A stretch of 64,000 bases of DNA from Thermoplasmatota archaeon (GTDB taxonomy: Archaea; Thermoplasmatota; E2; DHVEG-1; B18-G2): positions 1,769-65,768 of the forward strand of contig JAPDJO010000035.1 of NCBI GenBank assembly GCA_029259115.1. Reading direction: 5' to 3'. The position numbers and the translations under genes were made by a program. The notes under the pieces were generated by a model, which ran no database searches, was not told the origin of the DNA, and saw only the letters and a program-made list of their open reading frames with translations. Of the stretch, positions 56,183 to 64,000 are shown in pieces (the stretch's first letter is position 1; the number at the start of each line of letters is the position of its first letter).

Positions 56183-58111
56183 ATGAGGTTCGAGATCAAA
56201 GATAGAGATGGTCTTGCAAGGATAGGAGTATTGGAAACCAGACATGGAAAGGTAGAGACTCCAGCCTTGCTTCCAGTAATAAATCCAAACAAGGTGTTGA
56301 TAGAGCCAAAAGAAATGAAAAAACTTTTCAAGATAGATATTTTGATAACAAATTCCTATATCATCTACAAGAATAAGAGATTGAAAGAGTTTGCTCTCTC
56401 CAAGGGAGTACACAAACTTTTGGATTTTGATGGATCCATAATGACAGACTCTGGAACATTTCAATCATATGTCTATGGAGATATAGATGTTGATCCTATA
56501 GAAATAGTTGAGTTTCAGAGAGATATAGGGAGTGATATAGGAACGATACTTGATCTCTTTACAAATCCAGAAGAAAGTTACGATGAAACCAAGAGGAAAA
56601 TCAATGAGACTGTAAGGAGAGCTAGGATCAGTTCGAAGGTAAAGGGAGAGATGCTTCTTGCGTGTCCCGTTCAGGGAGGGACATACGAAGACCTAAGAGC
56701 TGCATGTGCAAAAAAGATGAGTGAAATAGAATGTGATGTTCATCCAATAGGAGGGGTTGTCCCTCTAATGGAGAACCAAAGGTACGATGATCTAGCCAAG
56801 GTTATTATCTCTTCGAAGAGATATCTACCTCTATCTAGAGTTGTTCATCTATTTGGGGCAGGGCATCCGTTGGTCTTTCCTCTAGCAGTAATTTTAGGCG
56901 TGGATCTAGTTGATTCTGCCTCTTATGCAAAGTATGCAAGAGATGATAGATTGATATTTCCATGGGGAACAGAAAAACTCGAGGATTTAGAGGAGATTCC
57001 TTGCAATTGTCCAGTTTGTACAAGCACCGATATCAAAGAATTGAAGGAGATGGATAAGGTTGAAAGAGAGAAGAAGATAGCTTTACACAATCTCTACATA
57101 TGCTTCTCTGAGATGAAGAGAATAAAGGTGGCCATAAAAGAAGGTAGTCTATGGGAATTGGTCGAAGAAAAATCCTCTCTTAATCCCATGATGTTCGATG
57201 CTTTGAGGGTATTGGAAAGAGAAGATGTAAAAGAGTGGCTAGAAAAGTTTGAATCTATATCAAAAAAATCTGCTCTATTCTATGTCAATCCCCACACATT
57301 ACATAGACCCATAATCTATAGATATCAAAAGAGGTTATTTTCCGTATACCGACCTAGAGAAAAAGAGGTTGTACTTAAGGAGGAGGTGGAAAAACCTTAC
57401 AGTAGATATTATAGGGAAGAGTGGGAGAAAAGTAAAATTGATATTATTGTGAAAACCCCATTTGGGCCGATTCCTCTACCTCTGGATGAGATGTACCCGA
57501 TAGCCCAGTCTGTGTTTCCCAAAAACATAGATGAAGAAAGCAAGATACTATCTGAAAAATTAATAAAAGAATTTCTCGAAAAGTTTGAATTGAAAGAAAC
57601 TAAAGAGAGGAGGAAAGGTAAGAGAGATTTGGATTTGGATTTGGATTTGGATAGGGTGAGATACATTATAGACATGCAGTTTGGTAAAGGTGTATCCGAT
57701 ATTCTATTAGATGGAGAGGTAAAGATAGTAAAATCAAAATCCACAGGGAAAATAAGGAATGTTTACCTTAATGGAAAGCATATACTATCGATGAGGGCGC
57801 AGGATGGTCTTTTTACTCTGAAAGTGGATGGTGGCAGGATATTGCACACATATTACGCTTCTCCCAGGTTTAGGGTTGTAGTTGAAAATAACGTCTCTGA
57901 TTACATAAAAAATGGCAGAAATGTTTTTTCGAAATTCGTTGTTGATTGCGATTCCAACCTCAGACCTTTTGATGAATGCTTGATAGTATCTGAAGACGAT
58001 GATTTTCTTGGGGTTGGAAGGTGTTTACTAAACAGAGATGAGATGTTGTCGTTTAACTATGGCATTGCTGTAAAGACTAGAGAAGGAGTAAAAGATGGAA
58101 GGAATAACTAA
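56183..58111 (+). CDS. tgtA: Archaeosine tRNA-guanine transglycosylase (ArcTGT) with C-terminal PUA domain
   Basis: N-terminus MRFEIKDRDGLARIGVLETRHGKVETPALLPV, active-site block MTDSGTFQ, Zn site CNCPVC...H, and a PUA-like C-terminus. The start at 56183 follows the nadX stop. Confidence 0.9.
   Translation: MRFEIKDRDGLARIGVLETRHGKVETPALLPVINPNKVLIEPKEMKKLFKIDILITNSYIIYKNKRLKEFALSKGVHKLLDFDGSIMTDSGTFQSYVYGDIDVDPIEIVEFQRDIGSDIGTILDLFTNPEESYDETKRKINETVRRARISSKVKGEMLLACPVQGGTYEDLRAACAKKMSEIECDVHPIGGVVPLMENQRYDDLAKVIISSKRYLPLSRVVHLFGAGHPLVFPLAVILGVDLVDSASYAKYARDDRLIFPWGTEKLEDLEEIPCNCPVCTSTDIKELKEMDKVEREKKIALHNLYICFSEMKRIKVAIKEGSLWELVEEKSSLNPMMFDALRVLEREDVKEWLEKFESISKKSALFYVNPHTLHRPIIYRYQKRLFSVYRPREKEVVLKEEVEKPYSRYYREEWEKSKIDIIVKTPFGPIPLPLDEMYPIAQSVFPKNIDEESKILSEKLIKEFLEKFELKETKERRKGKRDLDLDLDLDRVRYIIDMQFGKGVSDILLDGEVKIVKSKSTGKIRNVYLNGKHILSMRAQDGLFTLKVDGGRILHTYYASPRFRVVVENNVSDYIKNGRNVFSKFVVDCDSNLRPFDECLIVSEDDDFLGVGRCLLNRDEMLSFNYGIAVKTREGVKDGRNN
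57626..57652 (+). repeat. (GATTTG)4 hexanucleotide tandem repeat inside tgtA
   Basis: The sequence gatttggatttggatttggatttggat encodes DLDLDLDLD in an inter-domain linker. Confidence 0.9.
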
Positions 58112-58625
58112 TCCTCCCTGGGTTTATGGTCCAAAAGAGGTTGGAGAATGGATAGATGCAACATATAGAGGTAAGGAGGAGATCAGGAGAAAAGAAAGGG
58201 TAGAAAGGAAAAATGTTGAGATCAAGTTATCTGGAGGGAAAAGAAAAATTTCAAAGAAATGGATCGGAATATTCAGGTACTGCGAAGAGGATATTGAAGA
58301 GGTACTAGGTATTGTTCTGAAAGCTCTTTACAAAACAGGCTTTAAGAGGTTACTATATGCTAACATCAAGATAGAGAAACAAGAGAAGGTGACTTTAAAA
58401 GATTTAGAAAACATATCGGTAGGAATTGATAAGAAGAAAATAAAACTAGTACTAGCAAAAGGGGAGATTGAAAGAGTACATGTCATAGCGAAGAGGTTTC
58501 ATCCATGTAAAAGACCATCAACTATAGTTTCTATGGAAAAAGCTTTGGATGAGGATGTATCTAGATTTCTCAATATAATAAAGGAGAAAAAGGTAGTTAT
58601 TCATGATGTTCTTTACAGACACTAG
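58095..58625 (+). CDS. Hypothetical basic protein (176 aa) overlapping the 3' end of tgtA
   Basis: The ORF start lies 17 nt inside tgtA. The protein is lysine/arginine-rich. I recognised no family. Confidence 0.45.
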   Translation: MEGITNPPWVYGPKEVGEWIDATYRGKEEIRRKERVERKNVEIKLSGGKRKISKKWIGIFRYCEEDIEEVLGIVLKALYKTGFKRLLYANIKIEKQEKVTLKDLENISVGIDKKKIKLVLAKGEIERVHVIAKRFHPCKRPSTIVSMEKALDEDVSRFLNIIKEKKVVIHDVLYRH

Positions 58626-58635
58626 AAGAGGTTGC

Positions 58636-59421
58636 TCAATCTTGAATTACCTCGAAAGTTACCGATAGTTTAACCGAGATCGTTAAATCCTTTGGCAGTA
58701 TCTGTGTTGAAGTATCATAACCGAATTCATTTACGAAAGTTTCCCCCTTATAGACACGAGATATATATCCGTAGTTGTTATAACTTATAGATACCAATTT
58801 ACCCAACTTTCCACCAAGTGCTGAAACTATTATCTCTGCCTTTTCCTTGGCATCTCTCGCAGCTTCAGCCAGTAGTTGATTCCTTATCTCTTCTCGTCTC
58901 TCTCTAGATATCTCAAAATACACTCTATCTACAAACGCGCCAGATTTTATGCATGTATCTAGCACTTTGCCGGCTTTATCAAAATCCCTCACCGTAACCT
59001 TCATTCTATAGATTGCCCTATATCCTCTAAAGATCTTTCCACTACTTGTCCAATCATACTCTGGGTATAAGTTATAGTTAGTCGTTTCGATATCATCTTC
59101 TTCAACGCCTATCTTTTCCAGGGAGGATATAACTTTACTAACTATCTCAGCAGCTCCTTTCCTTGCTAGATCAGGGGATGATTCATCTTTACTTTCAATT
59201 GTTAAACTTATTACCATTTGATCAGGTTCATATTCTCCCTGTGCCATGCCAATTACACTAATTGTAGCTGTTCTACTGTTTTCATCTCCTGAGTAGTCTG
59301 TGGCTATAGACGATATACCTATGGCAATGGGCTTACCTAAAACTGAGATTGCAACCAAGGCAATAATTGCTGTCGAGATAACAGCCTTTACCAGGTTTTT
59401 CTTCACTTCTCTCATTTCCAT
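58636..59421 (-). CDS. SIMPL/DUF541-family (BP26-like) membrane-anchored protein
   Basis: An N-terminal TM anchor (AVISTAIIALVAISVLG) is followed by a DUF541-like pattern (TISVIGMAQGEYEPDQMVISLTIES ... LTISVKLSVTFEV). The start is probably M55/M57 of the tracked ORF, which extends to 59583. Confidence 0.6.
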   Translation of the reverse strand: MEMREVKKNLVKAVISTAIIALVAISVLGKPIAIGISSIATDYSGDENSRTATISVIGMAQGEYEPDQMVISLTIESKDESSPDLARKGAAEIVSKVISSLEKIGVEEDDIETTNYNLYPEYDWTSSGKIFRGYRAIYRMKVTVRDFDKAGKVLDTCIKSGAFVDRVYFEISRERREEIRNQLLAEAARDAKEKAEIIVSALGGKLGKLVSISYNNYGYISRVYKGETFVNEFGYDTSTQILPKDLTISVKLSVTFEVIQD

Positions 59422-59564
59422 TACCAGACTAATATTTTCCATCAAGCTATTTATAAGATCGGAAAATGTTAGGGAGAAACCTAACAGTTTTAACCTAAGA
59501 ATATTCGTTGTTTGTCGTAAACGATTTAGACAAATAAATAAATCATGAGGTAAATTTCTGTTAC

Positions 59565-60839
59565 ATGAGTCAGAAGAGTTCACGCATCCCAGGCTTCTAT
59601 AAGCTCACGGTAGAAGAGAGGTTGGAGAAGGTCTCCCAATTTGCAGAATTGAATGAGGAGGAAAAACTCTGCTTCTTGAAGAATGGAGATCTCTCTTTAG
59701 CGATAGATAAAGAGATAGCTGACAGGATGATAGAGAATGTGATAGGAATATACGAGCTTCCTCTAGGTATAGCAACAAACTTTCTGATAAATGGGAAAGA
59801 TTATCTTATTCCAATGGCTATAGAAGAGACGAGCGTTGTTGCAGCAGCGAGCAATGCAGCAAGGATAGCAAGGGTGAGAGGTGGTTTTGAAGCAGAAGCC
59901 AGCGATCAGGTTATGATTGGTCAGGTACAACTCTTGCATGTTCCCGATATAGAGAAGGCTATAAACAACATCTTAAAGGCTAGAGAAAATCTCCTAGAGG
60001 TTGCAAATCGGCAGGACAAGGTTCTGGTTAGTTTAGGAGGGGGAGCAAAAGATATAGAAATTAGGAAACTGGGAGAAAATGAGATGCTGGTTGTTCATTT
60101 ACTAGTTGATGTTAAAGATGCCATGGGTGCAAACGCTGTAAATACCATGGTAGAAGCAATAGCACCTTTACTGGAAGAGATAACTGGAGGAAAAGCTAGA
60201 TTAAAAATAATATCGAATTTGGCTGACAGAAGATTAGCTAGAGCCAGAGCTGTATTTGATAAAGAGGCTATGGGTGGAGAGGATGTCGTTGATGCATTCC
60301 TAGAAGGTTACAGGTTTGCTCTTCTAGATCCTTATAGAGCTGCAACCCATAACAAGGGAATAATGAATGGGATAGATGCTGTAGCTATTGCTACAGGAAA
60401 TGATTGGAGAGCCATAGAGGCGGGAGCGCATGCGTATGCTGCCAGAGATGGTACCTACAAACCTCTAACTAGATACTGGAAAGATGATGATGGAAATCTG
60501 GTTGGAGAGATTGAGTTACCTATAGCTGTTGGAGTAGTTGGAGGAGCTGTATCCATTCATAAAAAGGCACAGATATGTAGGAAGATTCTTGGAGTTAAGA
60601 CAGCGAAGGAATTGGCTATGATTCTAGCAAGCGTCGGTCTTGCTCAGAATTTCGCTGCTCTACTGGCTTTATCTACCGTTGGTATCCAAAAGGGACACAT
60701 GGAACTCCATGCTCAGAATATTGCGGTAATGGCTGGAGCTAAAGGGGATCAGATAGATGAGGTTGCTCAAAGGATGATAAAGGAGGGAAAAATAAGATTA
60801 GATAGAGCTAAGGAGTTGATGAAGGAGTTATACGGTTAG
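59565..60839 (+). CDS. hmgA: HMG-CoA reductase, class II (bacterial type)
   Basis: 424 aa with no membrane domain. Long blocks match the class II enzymes I remember, e.g. Pseudomonas mevalonii: ENVIG.YELP, VDV.DAMGAN.VNTM.EA.AP, DPYRAATHNKGIMNGID, ATGNDWRA.EAGAHAYA, GIQ.GHM.LHA.NIA. Confidence 0.9.
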   Translation: MSQKSSRIPGFYKLTVEERLEKVSQFAELNEEEKLCFLKNGDLSLAIDKEIADRMIENVIGIYELPLGIATNFLINGKDYLIPMAIEETSVVAAASNAARIARVRGGFEAEASDQVMIGQVQLLHVPDIEKAINNILKARENLLEVANRQDKVLVSLGGGAKDIEIRKLGENEMLVVHLLVDVKDAMGANAVNTMVEAIAPLLEEITGGKARLKIISNLADRRLARARAVFDKEAMGGEDVVDAFLEGYRFALLDPYRAATHNKGIMNGIDAVAIATGNDWRAIEAGAHAYAARDGTYKPLTRYWKDDDGNLVGEIELPIAVGVVGGAVSIHKKAQICRKILGVKTAKELAMILASVGLAQNFAALLALSTVGIQKGHMELHAQNIAVMAGAKGDQIDEVAQRMIKEGKIRLDRAKELMKELYG

Positions 60840-60879
60840 AAAATCATCTTCTATCGATCTTTAAGAAAACTACATTCTA

Positions 60880-60898
60880 TGCTAGATAAAATCTAGCA
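60880..60898. promoter_or_regulatory. Palindromic operator-like site 1 (TGCTAGAT-AAA-ATCTAGCA)
   Basis: Perfect 8-bp inverted arms with a 3-nt spacer. The site lies immediately upstream of a TATA-like TTTAAATA. Confidence 0.5.
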
Positions 60899-60903
60899 AA
60901 AAA

Positions 60904-60911
60904 TTTAAATA
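60904..60911 (+). promoter_or_regulatory. Putative TATA box for the 60960 gene
   Basis: TTTAAATA lies about 50 nt upstream of the ATG. A GGTGA Shine-Dalgarno-like element is at 60951-60955. Confidence 0.4.
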
Positions 60912-60930
60912 CCGTTCTTGCATTATACTT

Positions 60931-60949
60931 TGCTAGATAAAAGCTAGCA
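60931..60949. promoter_or_regulatory. Palindromic operator-like site 2 (TGCTAGATAAAAGCTAGCA)
   Basis: Identical to site 1 at 18 of 19 positions, centred 51 bp downstream of it. It overlaps the expected transcription start. Confidence 0.5.
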
Positions 60950-60959
60950 AGGTGACAAA

Positions 60960-61631
60960 ATGCTAATGAAGAGTAGAGTGTTAGCGATAGGGTTGATATT
61001 AATGATAATCTTAACATCTGGTGTTCCGATATCAGCAAAGGATAATAGAAAGACTTGCACTGATCCAATCATAGCAGGAATTATTGTCCTCGAGGGATTT
61101 GGATTTAATAATGGTAAAATAGATCTGTGTGCATCTGTTGACCTCCTTTCAGGAAATTACATAAAAGCAAAACCTGGAACATTAATCTTCATAAAGGTGC
61201 ATGTATTGATCTGTATCAAAGCACCTCCTGACACTGGATTCAGATTAGTTGCAAAGGCGAAAATGAACCAGAGAAGTTTGACCTTTAAAGGTTGTTCCCC
61301 ACCAAATGGGCTTTTACATCTAGTTCCACCGGAAACTTTCTTTTGCGTTGCAGCTCCTATAATTCCAGGTAAAACAAAAGAAGTATCACTCGTCGCTACG
61401 ATAAAACTCACCTTCGACAATGGAACCACTATAGAAGACAGTGACATGGAAGTACTAAAAATAAAGACGGAGTGGTCATTTAAAGAATCTGTAACGTGGA
61501 AGGATCACAGAAATCCCACCAAGAGAAAGAACAGCCAGGTAGATATTGAAAAAATGATTTTTCGTAGGATGATCCCAAGATCTCTAAACAGACTCTTGCA
61601 TTATATTGTTTCCTCTGAGCCTAAGTTCTAG
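60960..61631 (+). CDS. Hypothetical secreted protein
   Basis: Signal peptide MLMKSRVLAIGLILMIILTSGVPISA. The mature part is beta-rich. I recognised no family. Confidence 0.5.
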   Translation: MLMKSRVLAIGLILMIILTSGVPISAKDNRKTCTDPIIAGIIVLEGFGFNNGKIDLCASVDLLSGNYIKAKPGTLIFIKVHVLICIKAPPDTGFRLVAKAKMNQRSLTFKGCSPPNGLLHLVPPETFFCVAAPIIPGKTKEVSLVATIKLTFDNGTTIEDSDMEVLKIKTEWSFKESVTWKDHRNPTKRKNSQVDIEKMIFRRMIPRSLNRLLHYIVSSEPKF

Positions 61632-61653
61632 TGATCTTTTCGAAAGATGTTCA

Positions 61654-63089
<1,436 letters not shown>

Positions 63090-63173
63090 TTATAAGAGAG
63101 ATAAATATATTCGAACTAAAATATAAAATTATTGCAAAACCTATTAATATGGAGTAAAGGATAAAGTGATTGC

Positions 63174-64000
63174 ATGCAGAGCAGAGAGGAGGAGCTGAGT
63201 AAGCTCTACGAAGTTCTTGATAGAGAAGATCTCGAAGAAAAGATTGAAAATAAGTACATAGAAAGCGTGAGAAGAAGGTTGTCTAGGGAATATGTTTCCT
63301 TTCATACGAGTATTATGTCCCATCCTATAACAAAAGCTCTGCCAAAACCGAGGGTTAAGATCTTTGGAGGGATGGAAGAAAAGACAAAAGAGGAAAAGAA
63401 AAAAGAAGAGGAAGAAAAAGTGAGAGAGGAAAGGAAAGAGACGGAAGTTGAGGATCTTTTTGAAATTGAAAAGATTAGTGAGGAGGAACTGAGGAAGTTG
63501 GAAAGAAAGGAAAAGGAAATTCCTTCTGCGTCAGAGATAAAGGAATTTGCTAAGGTTCCAAAACCCGTAGAAGAAAGAGTGGTATCTAGGGATAAATTCA
63601 TCGAGGTTGTATCGAGGATAAAGGGCATAGGGAAAAAGAAGGCAGAGGTTCTATATGAGAGCGGTTATAACTCCTTTGATAAGATAATAAAGAGTGAGCC
63701 CGAGGAAATAGCTGAAAAGGTTAAAGGTTTAAGCGTGGAGATCGCCAGAAAGTTAAAGAGAGAAATCTTGGAGATTTTACCCAAGATGGAAGAAGAATTC
63801 GGCCAAGTCTATCTACTTGAAGAGAGTGGTAAAGAGAAGAGACAAGTTGAAAGGGAGATATCAAGAAGCGATACAGAGTTCAAGGAGGAGCTTCCAGAAT
63901 GGGTAACCATAGATAAGGTACCAACAGATGAAGAGCCTGTAGAATGGAAGAAGATCGAGGAGAAAGAGCCCTACAGGTATGAGGATTATACGCTCTACAA
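63174..64000 (+). CDS. Partial (3'-truncated by window) highly charged protein with a helix-hairpin-helix motif
   Basis: This ORF is absent from the supplied track because it has no stop in the window. My translation from ATG 63174 is open to the window end: MQSREEELSKLYEVL...IKGIGKKKAEVLYESGYNSFDKI... Confidence 0.5.
   Translation, partial: MQSREEELSKLYEVLDREDLEEKIENKYIESVRRRLSREYVSFHTSIMSHPITKALPKPRVKIFGGMEEKTKEEKKKEEEEKVREERKETEVEDLFEIEKISEEELRKLERKEKEIPSASEIKEFAKVPKPVEERVVSRDKFIEVVSRIKGIGKKKAEVLYESGYNSFDKIIKSEPEEIAEKVKGLSVEIARKLKREILEILPKMEEEFGQVYLLEESGKEKRQVEREISRSDTEFKEELPEWVTIDKVPTDEEPVEWKKIEEKEPYRYEDYTLY

Noticed and set aside
63302-63628. 108-aa minus-strand ORF, the only ORF listed in the track for this region.
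   Set aside because: Its Ser/Phe-rich low-complexity translation is the antisense of a Glu/Lys-rich stretch. The + strand ORF from 63174 stays open to the window end and contains an HhH motif.

Overview
This is a compact, AT-rich archaeal chromosomal segment, almost entirely coding. It is euryarchaeal: it has both PolD subunits (DP1 and DP2), FtsZ, archaeal tRNA features (C1:G72 tRNA-Tyr with a bulge-helix-bulge intron), TiaS and ArcTGT. A 14-gene Mbh-type membrane-bound [NiFe] hydrogenase plus a bacterial-type class II HMG-CoA reductase suggests a Thermoplasmata/DHVE2-like or related thermophilic heterotroph. That lineage call is inference only, because no database search was possible.

Content:
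- Four tRNA genes (Tyr with intron, Thr, Cys, Gly) and four tRNA-modification enzymes (Trm5, TiaS, ArcTGT, a THUMP methyltransferase).
- Replication genes: a divergent family B polymerase and PolD DP1/DP2.
- The ftsZ-secE-spt5-rpl11 and rpl1-rplP0-rpl12 clusters.
- mbhA-N, thyX, nadC/nadX, pyrBI and adh.
- A glycosylation-type operon.
- Several large secreted proteins.
- Two intramembrane proteases.

No CRISPR array, transposase, integrase or rRNA was seen.

Most interesting candidates:
1. A metallophosphoesterase-HhH-exonuclease-like fusion gene directly upstream of PolD.
2. A divergent PolB whose stop overlaps the start of an ABC-class ATPase.
3. A membrane-anchored lamin-tail-domain/PLD protein translationally coupled to a rhomboid protease, which faces a presenilin homolog.
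4. A 99-aa protein whose C-terminus resembles the ribosomal stalk tail.
5. A twin palindromic operator pair.
6. A four-gene glyco operon with an uncharacterised 827-aa protein.
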